A stretch of DNA of 62,247 bases, the filler included, from Choristocarpus tenellus KU-1152 (Eukaryota > Protista > Phaeophyceae), in assembly GCA_964200185.2 (NCBI GenBank). It is 11 parts of 11 records of this genome, joined end to end, with 100 filler letters (N's around TTAATTAATTAA, not from the genome) between each part and the next. Parts side by side here need not be neighbours in the genome. Positions count along the whole stretch, not along the records: positions 22,635 to 25,595 come from CAXNAD020023339.1; positions 25,696 to 29,134 come from CAXNAD020020015.1; positions 29,235 to 32,378 come from CAXNAD020022004.1; positions 32,479 to 36,622 come from CAXNAD020015998.1; 7 more parts are not named here. The stretch is one strand, 5' to 3'. Positions 23,022-35,800 of the stretch are shown piece by piece. A program made the position numbers and the translations under genes. Numbering within the stretch: the stretch's first letter is position 1; each line of letters begins with the position of its first letter. The notes beneath the pieces were generated by a model. That model was not told the DNA's origin and made no database searches. It saw only the letters and a list, made by a program, of their open reading frames with translations.

Positions 23022-25444
23022 TTTGTGTGTATTTTGTGCTCTCCTTGTGACTTTACTTTCACTGCCTTTTTTGGGACATTGTACGTTACTAAGTAGAGAT
23101 AGCAAGCAAATGCATTATTGAGTGCTGAAGGTGCAATGGTGTATGAGAGAGTTTTTTATGAGATGATGTCGTGGGCAAGGCTCTGACCGACTCCAAACAA
23201 TATGATATATAGTGCAAATTTGTTGGTTGCGCAAGAGGAGCATTTTGTGATGATGGCAGCTGACGTGGAGGAGGATTTGAGGAGTGAGAAAGGCCTGGGG
23301 GAGGTGCATGTTGCCACTTTCATGTATTCATGCAACGTGCTCTTATTTGGGGGGTGTTATGTTCTTGCCTTGTGGCAGGTTTGCTGGGGATGTAAACAAG
23401 GAAACCCTACTGGATAGAGGATAGTCTTCTGTGACATTACCTCATGCATGTAAAGTGGTTAGTCTTTGGCTGGTTTCAAGGATGGTGATGGCACTAACGG
23501 ACAAAACACACTTATTTGCATCCTACTTCTTCTTGACTTGCAGTTTATTTTATCAGTTTATTTTATCGATCTATTCTTTGTTTTTTTTCATGGCGTGTCT
23601 CTTGTATCTCGCTCTTCTTGCTGGTTGTGGTGGTGCTGCCAAAGGTAGCGTGGATTCGAAACGTAACCCAAAGTTGATCGTGGAAGGGCATTTATTTTTT
23701 TGATTTCGAGTAAAGGTGAAAAAAACAGGTGTAGGCTTTGTAGGGTGTGACGGAGAGACTGTGGTTGACTGTACTGCATATTTGATATGTGTACCCCTTT
23801 GTGTGGTATGCCTTGTGTGTGTGTGTGTGCGTGTGTGTGGTGGGATTGTCATGATCACAAAGCTCAGTATTGATTTAGACGCTCAAGTACTATTACGGAG
23901 CTCTACACACATCTTGTTCGTGCGTGATATCCTACGTACTATTCTGTTTGTACTTCCAAGAAAGTCCATCTCTACAGACCTTGTCAAGGAGAAAGGGCGT
24001 GCGGAATGTTTTCCTATTGTTCTTTATGTATGGCTACATTAATTTGTCATGTGCAGTGGTACTTAACTAATTTATTCTAGGTAGTGCATTTGAAAGTACA
24101 AACTGTACAAATGTATCATTACTACACTCCTGTTGCTCACATACCCTTAATATTTTTAGCCCATGGTACTAGAAAATTCTTGACGCATCTATATTATGGT
24201 AAGAGGTTGGCTGGATCACGCATCCATCGCCAACATCGATAGTGCGTCCAGTGGGGTATTTATTTCGAATAGATACTATGATACAACATGATACATTATG
24301 TAGCGTTTATACTTCAGCACTGTAGAGCTAGCTCTATTGGTAACTGTCGTGAATAAAAAGGTTTGATGAATGTACGCTAATTATTTTTGCACATCTTCAC
24401 AAAGTTGAAGCCCAACGCTAGGTAGTTTTGACTATTTTACTCTATTATAATGCAGGTTACCAGAACAAGAGTCTGGAAGCAGTTACAATAACATTGTAAT
24501 GCCTGAGTCCATTTGCTGTGTAACATCCGCTACCACTGTCTAGCATATCTTGTGGATGCCCTTTGCTCTACAACTTTCGTTGTACAGAACATGTCGAGGT
24601 TTTTGTTCAGTCAGAATAAATTATTACTATTATTTGGGGAAGATATCCACTATATATACATTACATTACATGAAGAATTTTTTGAGATATGAGTATGGTC
24701 CTTTACAGCAGAGAGAAAGCGATAAATGAAAAGAAAATGATAAAAGAAAGGAGACATTATATATGGTATATTATGTCATAGGTGATGGGTCATAATAGAT
24801 TATGAGCTGGAAGTCCTAGATTTTATGTGTTGTGCTTCTTGACTATTTATTTAGTCGTTGTGCGATAATTGGTTGATTGTGTCATATTTGTCTCAGTTCT
24901 TTCTATATCCGTCAAATCAAATCATCAAGTGAAAAATCGAGCCTCATCACCAGCCTACAGGCCTGTGGATCAGGGCCACATATGCCATGATAATAAGCTG
25001 TGGGAGCGTCTTGCAACAAATATCTTATCATTTAATTCAGAGTTATTTTTATTTTATCATTACTATTAAAAATAGTATCTACACTTAGTCAGGGGGGACT
25101 AGCCCACACCTATCTATGATCAGTTGTACTACAATACACACAACTACGATACTTCTCTTGACCTCGAACTAAACTGCCTTTCTTTACACTACGACTATTC
25201 TTATTTCTATTGTTTTGGTTGCAGTGCCTGTGCACGCCTTCCTTCTTGTGCATTGATCGGTTCAGCTGTCCCAGACCTCATCGCTCTGTCCCCTCCCTCT
25301 AATCTCGTTGTACAGTACTACCCTAAGTGCATCTCCCCAATGAGTGAAGCCTTGCCACCTTGTTCTGCCTAGCTTCCCTACACTCTTGTGATTCAACGAC
25401 AGACAATAATAAGAGTAGCAGTCAGCAGAGCTTGCCTCATGGAA

Positions 25445-25595
25445 ACAGCCGATCATCAAAATTGAGGATGGAGCTTTTATTGAGGATGAGCAAGACCCGG
25501 ACTGGTGCGCAGAAAGTGCATATATATTTTTGGTCAAAAATATTTCGTTGCTTTCTGGAGAGCACCGCTACGATTTGGAAGCGACCTCGACCAAG
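25445..25595 (+). repeat. Dispersed repeat family C terminus (also 42910-43082 and 62193-62247)
   Basis: ACAG...AAAAYTGAGGATGGAGC...TATKGAGGATG shared by three copies; two continue TGGTGCGCRGAAAGTG. Each runs into a contig or window end. Confidence 0.7.
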
Positions 25596-25919
25596 NNNNN
25601 NNNNNNNNNNNNNNNNNNNNNNNNNNNNNNNNNNNNNNNTTAATTAATTAANNNNNNNNNNNNNNNNNNNNNNNNNNNNNNNNNNNNNNNNNNNNTATTA
25701 TTGACAAGAGCACCGTAGTTGTCCCCCTCAAACACACCATATATCACACATACCAGGATGACCTCTGTCTCCAATCCCTCCCCCCCCCCCACAATCACAT
25801 TATCCAAGCAAATTCAACCCATTACAAATCACCACATACACGTGATCCAGAACATTCTGGTTCAACCACTTTTTGTTTTTTTGTGTTCTACCTCCAACTT
25901 CCTCCTCCCCTCCCCTCAG

Positions 25920-28720
25920 GATTCCGTGTGCGTGTGCTGGTGCGTAATCTCTTTTCAGCTACACTGGATTTGCTGGGTACTGGTGTGGGGTATGCCAAGG
26001 GTGACTTGACCAATCAGAAGAGCATTGTCGATGCGGTTTCTGGTTGTGACAAAATCATCTTTTGCGCACAGGCCAGGGATTCCTCTCAAGTAGAGCATGT
26101 GGAGTTTGAAGTGAGTATGTAGTAAGGGGTGTGTGTAGAAGTGAGTATGTAGTAAGGGGCGTGTGTAGAAGTGAGTATGTAGTAAGGGGCGTGTGTAGAA
26201 GTGAGTATGTAGTAAGGGGCGTGTGTAGAAGTGAGTATGTAGTAAGGGGTGTGTGTAGAAGTGTGTTGCAATCTGGCGTTAGACCAAGGATAGATGGTGG
26301 GCCTGTAAAGATTTGCACTTGTCATTTTGTGTGTGTGCCCAGAGTACCTTGTGATTAGTTCTTGGAGGTATAGGTGTCAGTTAAGTCGCGTAGAAGGTTA
26401 CGATGTGATGGTGATGGGAATGCAGTAAGTACCCTGGTGATGCTGTAGAGGTCCTTCCCCGCAGTAGTAGGTTGAAATCGATTCATGTGATTGGGTAAAA
26501 TAAAAATTGCCCTAACCCTACACCTCAACGTTTTTGTGTCGTGTTGTGAATGAGGATTGAGTCTATGTGACCCATTGGTACACATTGTTTTTGTTTATAT
26601 GGTGGGTGCTCTCCAGGTTCAAAGTGGCCTGCCTGCCTGTAGATCTGACCCGTGGTGTAGCAGTGTGAACCGCTGCATGAATTGGGTGTCTCGGTTTTTA
26701 ATTAAAATATATTTATTCATTTCATAGCCTGGGTGTTCCTCTAGTGATTTGAATGTTTGATATTTGAGTGCATACTTCTTTTTTGTTTGTTTGAAATGCC
26801 TTTTTTTCTGTTCTCAAGGGCGAATAGTTGTGTCGATGGGATGGATGGGGTTAGGGTTAGGGTTAGGGTCACCCTGATCTGTAGTGATGTCGGTGCCTGT
26901 CCTGCCATCTCGAAGTAATGCTGCTGCACATGCCATGAAACAGGGGTTGAAAAATGCTGTCAACGCCTTCCAAGATCGAAGAGTGGCCATGTACGGTCAC
27001 GTTTACTCCACAAAGAAGACCTTGTTCCGGTTGACCAGACAGGTGAGGTGGAAGATAGACCTTAGTGTTTCTTATGCAGTAGCCGCCGCTAACAAGGGGC
27101 ATGTTGTTCTTCCCGTTCATGATGGAAGTTGGACCAAGGTGTCCCAAGTCTTGATTGAAAGAGGACCAAGGTGTCCCAAGTCTTGATTGAAAGAGGACCA
27201 AGGTGTCCCAAGTCTTGATTGAAAGAGGACAAAGGTGTCCCAAGTCTTGATTGAAAGAGGACAAAGGCGAAGTGCCGAGCAGCTTGAGTGTAGAAGACCT
27301 TAAATCTTGAACTTTTTGAGGGGGATGAAGTGAGGCAATATGCTTCTAGGTGTGCCTGATGCCTCATGGAGATATAATCTCTGACAGGGGTTGCAGGTGT
27401 TGGTGGCCCAGCCCTTCTTGATGGGTGTTTGGGTTCACAGTAAGAATGGTATGTATTTTTTATGTTTTGGTCTTTGTAAGTAGAGCTTTCTGACGACTTT
27501 AATGATGTGCTCTACTAATGTCTGTTTCTTTATGCTTAAGTTGCTCTGTTATCTGGTATGTCTGTCCTTCATGCCCTATTGTGTAGCCTCCTTTTGCAAT
27601 GTCACAATGACCTGTCTATGCGGTGACATGCTTTGTTCTTTCACCATGCACAGTTATCTTTCATTTCTTGTCTGCTTCAGTCTCTTTTCTACTACCAAAG
27701 CCTGAAGCTAGGCCTTCTTGGGAGTAATTCTGATCTTTCAATGATAATTGAGATGCCTGATACCCTAAGCTGCCCTGTGTGTTGGCAAATTCACGCAGGC
27801 TGACAGGGATCTGTGGCAGTTGGCAGAACAATACCCAGCAGTCACCTGGAATGAAAACAAGGTGTGTGATGCAAACTTGATTGAAGGTTCAGTCCTTCTT
27901 CGTGTCAAGAATATGTTTCCTCCCTTATCCACTGTGTGAATGAGATATTGTTTGTAAGAGTAATACAGTTACTTTGCTATTGGCGCCTTGGTCCTGTTGG
28001 TGGTTGTGCCATTCTTCTATGGCAGTACAGTACCACCAAATACTATTGTGTGACTATTCTGTAGTGAAGGGAGAGTGTACTGGGATGGAGTGGGAAAGAG
28101 TGTACCTTTTCCTTGTAGTACATTTTTCTTGTAGAGTGTTGTACCTTGTGGCATGGGTTCAAGGCTGGAAGCACCACTTTTCCATGCTTACATATACAGA
28201 AACCAGACCAAAGATTGTTGAAAAGGTGCAGGGGTCCATGGAATTGAGCAGTAATTGAAGAGCTGCATACAACCAAATCCTGAAGTAGGTTTGCCAGGAA
28301 CTGGCATGCCTTCAAGCTGTGTGTCCGCACATCCTCCTCAGCGAGGGCTGCTTCTTGTATCTGGTGTTGTCCACCTTAGCAAGCTCTGTCCTGTGCATCA
28401 ATAAAATACTGTGGTGGTTGTCTACTATTGTCACCTATTGGCTGCATACTTTTAACATTCTTACTGTGATGTTGTGTACAGCATGCCTTCTTCTTGATAC
28501 TCTATTATATTGATGTGATCAAATGCCCACAATGTCCACAATATATATAATATATATTTTATATATATATTATATATCCCCTACGACTTGATGCATCTTT
28601 AATGTAATGCCTTACCTGACAGTTCGGCCATGCCACCCTGGGGTCAGTGAAATTGCTGGCAATAGGCTACATCACTGTGGAGTCAACGCCTTTGGACCTG
28701 AACCTTTCCAGGTTCAGCGG
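25920..28720 (+). CDS. HCF173-like protein (NAD(P)-binding/NmrA + CIA30 domain), internal exons 25920-26110, 26944-27042, 27799-27861, 28623-28720
   Basis: GFRVRVLVRN...KGDLTNQKSIVDAVSGCDKIIFCAQAR...GLKNAVNAFQD...KKTLFRL...DLNLSRFSG matches the atypical SDR followed by CIA30 layout of HCF173. Junctions are GT-AG and in phase. Confidence 0.75.
26108..26263. repeat. 30-bp tandem repeat x5 that duplicates the 5' splice site
   Basis: GAAGTGAGTATGTAGTAAGGGGYGTGTGTA; GTGAGT at 26111, 26141, 26171, 26201, 26231. Confidence 0.95.
27131..27267. repeat. 32-bp tandem repeat x4 in intron
   Basis: GGACCAAGGTGTCCCAAGTCTTGATTGAAAGA at 27131, 27163, 27195, 27227. Confidence 0.95.
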
Positions 28721-29724
28721 GTGAGCTTTGAGTCGGCCTTCCAGTGCATGAGTCTCCATGTTACCACCGAATTTTTCAGGAGTAGTTCTTCCAACCTTTG
28801 ACCGATCAGAGTGCCTCGCTTGTCACAGTATGGGCTGGTTATATCTGCCAGAGCTCGGGATTGGTGTGTTTTTGTTGCAACCCCTGGTGCATCAACCCCA
28901 AAGGGTTAGGGTTAGGGAAGTAGCTAGACCGTGTAGAAAGTTCTTTACTGCAAGATGTGAATGTGAGAGTGACCATCTTTGACACTCCGGTGTATTGTGT
29001 AGTGGTATTATGTTGGCGTGGCTGCAGTTAATCAAAGAGAGAGGGTGCTCCCAGGGTTGGGCCATGTCCTATGTGTCACTTACTTGCAACTATGAGAAGA
29101 GAGGGGGGGGGGACTTGAATACGCCTTCGTCCACNNNNNNNNNNNNNNNNNNNNNNNNNNNNNNNNNNNNNNNNNNNNTTAATTAATTAANNNNNNNNNN
29201 NNNNNNNNNNNNNNNNNNNNNNNNNNNNNNNNNNGGCCAAAATAAACATCCTTGTTAACACCCCCCCCCCCCCCCCACCAAGACACTTTGAGTCACCACC
29301 GAAAAGTTGAGATGCTAGAACAGCACCTGACCCTAAACCTAGCCCAAACTCCTTCTTTCCGCAGCCCCAGTCTTTCAGTCTCATCCTAAGATCACTCGAC
29401 CATTCCTTTCATCGGGCGAAGAACACTTGATGGAAACACTGCTCAAGCGTAATCTGGGCGCTACATAGCATTTCAGTACGTTCTTGTTTCTGCATTGAGC
29501 TCCCCCATGCCCTTATTGATACAACACACAGCTGCAGGAGTTTTCCACATCCAGGGCCCTGTATCTTCGCCTCCAAGTGCATCAAACTCATCACCTCTTC
29601 TTCTCCACCAACCACTCTACTCCCATTCCCCCATCACACTTGTTGCCCTATGAGTTGGCGGCTGTACTTGGAGTTGCAGTGCATTTACGATGCCGTTACT
29701 CCTCTGCTAATCTTCGGCAAGCAG

Positions 29725-31111
29725 GTTAACAACAAGGTGGATAGGGAAGAGGTTTGGAAAGCTCTGTCATCAGTTGGCGTCAAGATCAGAAAGATGAACA
29801 TGGAGCGTCTGCCACTGATTGAGGATTCCTTGTCAAGCAAGGTTGAGAAGAAGGATCTTGCCAAGTGAGAACTTACCTTGGTACTGAGCAAGAGTAGTAT
29901 TGGATCCCTCTACAGTACACACAAACAACAAGAAATGTATCCTCAGTTCTTTTGCGGTACTCCTGGGTACCTTTGTTGCTCTAGCACATTAACCATCCTC
30001 TCCCCTTTCCTTCCCCCTTCGTGCTATGTTGCAGTCAAACGATTAAACTATAGTTCCCACCGATGCTAAATAGTTAAACCAGTTCAGAGATAGGCAAGGT
30101 TGCCTTCTAAGGATCCTGAGATGGGGGGAAAATGTGCCATTTTGCACTTCTACAGAAAGAGCAGAGTGAAAGTATCTTAGAGGGTAGGAGTTTTGCCCTG
30201 TTTGTCTATTTGGGACTTGGATTCCCAGGGGGTTTTATGTCTCAATTTTTTGGTCCAAAACCACCTGGCTTTTAACTCCTGCGCACCCAGCCATTCCCCT
30301 CTTTGCCCCTACCGTTCCATCCATGTCACCTCTCTCCACCAATGTTCAGCCTAGTATCCCCCAACTAACCTAACCATTACCCACACCCTCACATTCCCCT
30401 CTCCTGCCAATCAACTCTACACTGGGTATGGAAAGGCTTGCTGGTCTCCTGTCAGTCACCGAACCACACAGCTGTGAGGGCAGGGGCAAGACAGACGGCC
30501 TTGATGAATCAACAAAGAACAACGGGGGTGGTCCTTCCACCAACGACCCCTCCTCAGTCCTTGCCTCCCGCCTAAACACCAAGTTCCGCTGCCTCTCCTG
30601 CGACCGCCCTCTACCCGCTGTAGGCTCACCAACACCAAAGATCTCTGCACCTTTCTATGTGTCTGGAAGCAACAGCCCCCTTCGGTCTCTCCCCCCCCAA
30701 CCAGTGAGCCCTCCACCAAAACAGCAACACAAAAACCTGCGCACGCCTGCGCATGACAAAAGGGTTGATGCCGGAGACATTGCTGGTTGGTCCGCGGGAG
30801 ACCCCACCAAGTCCACGCCTGTTTCAAACAATTACTACGCTGGTGCTACTACCAACATCACCGCCGCAACAATGTCACCGCCTCGCAGGCCTTGGGTGGA
30901 CATAGTGCCTGGAGTCGGGAAGGGGCGAAAGCGGGCAGATCTTGAGCCGATGGTGGTGGTAGAGGCCGGGGTGATGTCCAGGTATCCTAGAATGATGCCT
31001 CCACCAAGTCGAGTGAGGAGTGCGGCTGGGGGCGGTGGTGCAGGACTTGGGCAGAGGCCAGGGTCCGCTCCTGGAATTGGGCACTGGCACCACGATGAGA
31101 TGCTGAATTAA
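29725..31111 (+). CDS. 3' part of a DUF4795-like (QRICH2/C16orf96-type) coiled-coil protein; exons 29725-29864, 30436-31111
   Basis: KVDREE...SKVEKKDL repeats followed by the FRCLSCDRPL motif. Phase-2 intron is consistent. Confidence 0.6.
30164..30240 (-). mobile_element. MITE family A, truncated copy in intron
   Basis: GAGTGAAAGTATCTTAGAGGGTAGGAGTTTTGCCCTGTTTGTCTATTTGGG... Confidence 0.85.
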
Positions 31112-31641
31112 GCTTAGTTCTTTAGTTTCTCTTTTATCATAAATGAAGAAGAGAAGTGTGTACTTCCAGATCTCTTGACGGGGATTAGGGAGAAGGTATA
31201 GGAAGGGAAGGAGCTGAGGTGCAATTTACTGCTTCTACCACACAGCTTGGTTTCCTTAGTTCATGTCCATGAGGTGCGGTAACTCTTTTTTTCAGGAAAC
31301 ACTTTTTTTTAGGACTTGTGACCTTTCAGGAGGCAAATGTATAATGTGATGCTTCTGTGAACATTTCACCACTTGTATGTACCCGTTCTGCTGAGGACTC
31401 AATAGCTCCAAGTAGATACGTACGCACACATGTACACATGTACACATGTACCATATATCAATATTCATTTTTGTACACAACAGCTGCAAGCCCACTTGGA
31501 GAAAGACAGGATACCACTCCTCCCTCCATGCATCGCTCAATATTTCCTATGAGAACCCTAGCAGAGTACGAAGTGTGAGGATAGGGTAAGGGCTTGCATG
31601 TTCCCGCAACTTGTTACAACACCGGCACTGAATCTACTCAT

Positions 31642-31901
31642 GAGTGAAAGTTCCTTAGATTGTAGGAATTTTCCCATGTTAGTCCATTTGGGGTGTGACT
31701 TCCCACGGGTTATTTAATATATTTTACCTACTTCGAAATGTTTCGGAGTAGGTAAAATGTATACGTTATGAAAAGGTGTGTCTGGAACAAGGATATTGAC
31801 ACTTCCTAACAAAACACAATAGTCAAAATTACATCAAAATTTCAACATTGGATTTTGGTCGCCAAACGGACGCAGCTCTACCCTACAAGATACTTTGAAT
31901 C
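31642..31901 (-). mobile_element. MITE family A, full copy, TSD CAT/CGT
   Basis: GAGTGAAAGTTCCTTAGATTGTAG...CTACCCTACAAGATACTTTGAATC. The internal sequence aligns with the other copies. Confidence 0.88.
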
Positions 31902-32039
31902 CGTAATTGTATCATCCTGCTATCTACTGAGGAAACAGAATATATATATATAAACTGGTTTTGGTCTGTGGTATTGTGTGGCTGGATAAGAGCTGTCATG
32001 CAGGGTGGGATATGGTTAGATTATTGTGGAGTTTTTAAC

Positions 32040-32100
32040 GGTGGTGGTGGTGGTGGTGGTGGTGGTGGTGGTGGTGGTGGTGGTGGTGGTGGTGGTGGTG
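32040..32100. repeat. (GGT)n microsatellite
   Basis: Direct reading. Confidence 0.95.
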
Positions 32101-32360
32101 AAGGAGATATGACAAGGTTCAGGCTTGAAGGCAGGTACAAGATAAACGCAGGACAAAGCGCATCCCACTCGCTTGACACTTTTTTAATCTAGAATATATA
32201 AGAAGAAAAGCTAACTATTATTATTCTGTCGTTATTTTTAAACCGTTTTACACACCCCTTTCAATCTCGACCACAATAATCGAAATACTTCACTCACACT
32301 TACTTTCTGCAACAGGAGCCACGGGCATTGAAACCACCACCCACCCAGTTCGAGCTTTTT

Positions 32361-32378
32361 GGCCCAAAGTATCTGGGG
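32361..32378 (+). mobile_element. Terminus of MITE family B at contig end
   Basis: GGCCCAAAGTATCTGGGG immediately before the spacer. Confidence 0.5.
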
Positions 32379-32876
32379 NNNNNNNNNNNNNNNNNNNNNN
32401 NNNNNNNNNNNNNNNNNNNNNNTTAATTAATTAANNNNNNNNNNNNNNNNNNNNNNNNNNNNNNNNNNNNNNNNNNNNGGGGGGGAGGTGAGTACATAGG
32501 GGCATTTGTTACAGAGTCTGCGGTAAGTATGGAGGAGAGGTGATCTCTGCTTGTGTGATACTTTCAGGATGTCCTCTTCTTACCACGGACGATTAGATTT
32601 TTAATGTTTAATGTCATACATGTTGTTGCTCGGAAGGGAGGGTATCTATTAATTGTGTACTAAGCACTGTTACTCTCTATTTCTCATTTTTGTGTCTGAT
32701 AATGTATGGTGCGGTGGAATATGCCTTTTTTGGTTATTTTTTTTACAAGGGTTAAGAATTCTTCAATGTTGTCGTGATGCTGTAAAATTCATGAGGTGCA
32801 CTTAGGTCTTCATTCCTCCATCCCCAACCCCCACCCCCCTCTCCTATTTTTGTGCCCTTTCCCCTTGATCAAAAAG

Positions 32877-35800
32877 GTGCGGGCCATATCTGCAACAAAC
32901 CTACACCTTCGAACACACCACATCTACATTGACACTGATGATCTCAGGGAGGCAGGGCTGACGTATGTGCTCCCAAAAAACGTGCTCTCCAAGGTTAGAA
33001 TCCTCTCACCCCATATTATCGCGATGATGATTCACGCCACCCAATGTAATATCTAATAATTTTATAATACTCGTGTAGTTTGTGGGTAGTGGGTATCAAG
33101 TCATTGGGTTCGGTTTGTACCAGAACTCCCTGCAATTACGTCCTGCGTTGGGTTTTTTAGAGTGAATATGCGTTGGTTCAGTGGAAACAGTGTACACTGT
33201 TCCAGGGGACTTTTTGCGTCCTGGAGGTAAGAACTGTTAACATTGTTAGTACTACCTAAACATCGTTGTCCCTTTTTCTATTGCTGTGTATTGAACATGC
33301 CGATATCAAACATATATCCTTGCCCCTCTCCCTCCCCACTTTTGTGATTGTGTCACTGTTCCTGTACAGTTCATTACAGTCTCGGATCTACGTACCCAAA
33401 TAGCAGGATACTTGTATGGTGTGTCCCCTCCAGATAACCCTCGGGTGAAGGAGATTCGGTGCATTGTGATTGTGCCTCAGGTGATCCCACCATACACTGT
33501 TGTTGTGGGCTGTGTTGTCGTTGTAGTTGGTGATGTTGCTGTAATAACAATACATTTGATCATCCTGAGTGACCTTGAAAGAGTTGTCTAACCCTGAGTA
33601 AGGTGAATGGTGGGTGACTATAATTTTTGATGCATATTTTTGTTGTTGTTGAGATGTGGTATGTCAGAGACTTGAGTACAAATTATGCTGTTGTTGTATG
33701 TGCAAAGTGACTTTTTATTGTTATGGTTGTGATGGAGATGTTAGAAGGGGTATGTTACAGCAAGTATTGCCAATATCTAAGCCTCTGTGTGGAAGGGAAG
33801 TGTGCTGCATAGCGGAGGGGGCTTGTATTGGATTTCGGTACCTAGTGGGTTGTTAGGTACTAGTAAGTGTTGAATAGACAATAGCAAGTGTTTGCTTTGA
33901 TACAACTCTTATGTATACTACATGAAAATTATCACTGTAACATTGTTCACCTGCAAAATTTTGAGAAGGGTGAAGTAGGATAATGATGTATTGATTTTTT
34001 TTTATTTCTAATGGTATACAGAGTGTTTAGTGTGTAGCGTATAGCTTTGGATGAAAACCTTCAACAGGGCATCTACTATTACTACTATAACTACTATAAC
34101 TACGTTGCCCCTCCTATCGAATGAACCATTGTGATGGGTGCCTCACTATCAATCCACAGACAGTGCTCCAATTTGTCCAAATGCTCCTTCCCTCCTAGTT
34201 CATGACATGACATCACCTGACCTGTGGAATCTGTTTTTCTGCCTTACTGAGAGGTACTTGAGACAGCACACAGATACAACCAATAATTGATGTACTACCT
34301 ATCTCCACAAGCAACATGATGCATGTTGCTATATTGTATTGTAATTTTGTAACAGTATCAACGCTTTTGGGGTGTTCTGTTATTGGATGACAGGTTGGCA
34401 ATCACCAGTCAGTCACCCTTCCCCACCAGTTGCCGGATCACGAGTATCTGGAGGGGCTGGAGCCACTGGGGTGGCTGCACACACAGCCCAATGAACTGCC
34501 TCAACTTCCACCCAATGATGTAGTGGTACACTCAAGGTCAGCTGTGAATGGAAAGAGTTTTTGTGGTGTTTCAAGATAAATATCCATGAGATTACCACTC
34601 AAATTTTATTTCAAGTGTTAACATGTTTAGGATCTCTTGAACTTAGGAGTTTCTCTCAACGCCAATGTCATATGAAATGCCATATGAAAGTGAAACGGTG
34701 TTTTGTATTGCTAACAATATGATATAGCGGAATGGAGGATCCTCGTGAGAAGGACTATGATCCTAGTGAGAAGGACTATGCATGTAAATTTCACAGTGCA
34801 GTAAGTGAGTGGAGTTATGGTGTGCTGTGGTGTGCTGTGGTGCAAGGAAATAGGTTGTAATGATGTAGTGATGGTTCTTACTAGTGGAGAGATTGTGATG
34901 TGCTTATGTTCTTTGGCGAACATTCCAACATGCTCTCTCTGCACAAACACACCATTTTGGAGTGACATACTTGGAGATACTGAGTTAACCAGGAGGCTCT
35001 TCCCTTTTGCAGGATCATGGCGGATGAGAAGTCGTGGGATGGGGAGAAGACCATAGTTATCACTTGCAGTTTCACCCCTGGATCTTGCAGCCTCACTGCA
35101 TACAAGCTGACACCCCAGGGCTTTGAGTGGGGGAAGGCACACAGGGATGCTACAGCAGGGGCACAGGTACAGAGATGGTTGTTGGCATACTATGCTGCAC
35201 CAGTTCAGATATTTAGACGGTGAACATCCAAAAGCCATGTTCTTTTGAGTATTGCTTGCATGATAAGGTTGCTTCCCCCCCTCCCCCCCCCTTTATGTGG
35301 CTGTTGTCTCTTTCTCTAACTCACCTTCTGCTTTTTGCCCACTTCCCCTTGTCCAGGGCTATGCCCCAACACACTATGAGAAGGTGCAGATGCTCCTTTC
35401 AGACCGTTTCCTAGGATTCTTCATGGTGCCGGAGGATAGCCGATGGAATTATAACTTCATGGGTGTAAACCACTCTGTGGGGATGAAGTTTAGTCTCAAG
35501 CTTGACAATCCCAAGGTGCAGTCACCAGCATGTCAGCTGTTTGAGGAAGACAGACTTCTTGTTTGCTGTGCCTCTCTTTTGTTCATTAATGTATTGTTGG
35601 CAGTAGTTACGTGTCCTTAGGTCTCTCAATGCTTGCTGAACTGGAGCACAGATAGTTTGTACTTGTTGGATTTGGAGAGTATAGAGTACAGTATTTGAGT
35701 GACACTCTGTATGTATAGTTGTTGTCATGTGTATTGAGAGGTGTTAAATATATTGTATGGTGCACTGTAGTGGACCAGTCATTGTTGTACCACCTACAGG

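Noticed and set aside
23100-23480. Possible exons or transposase fragment
   Set aside because: No consistent frame, splice phase or motif.
26108-27267. 30-bp and 32-bp arrays as CRISPR
   Set aside because: Head-to-tail repeats without unique spacers, inside eukaryotic introns, and no cas genes.
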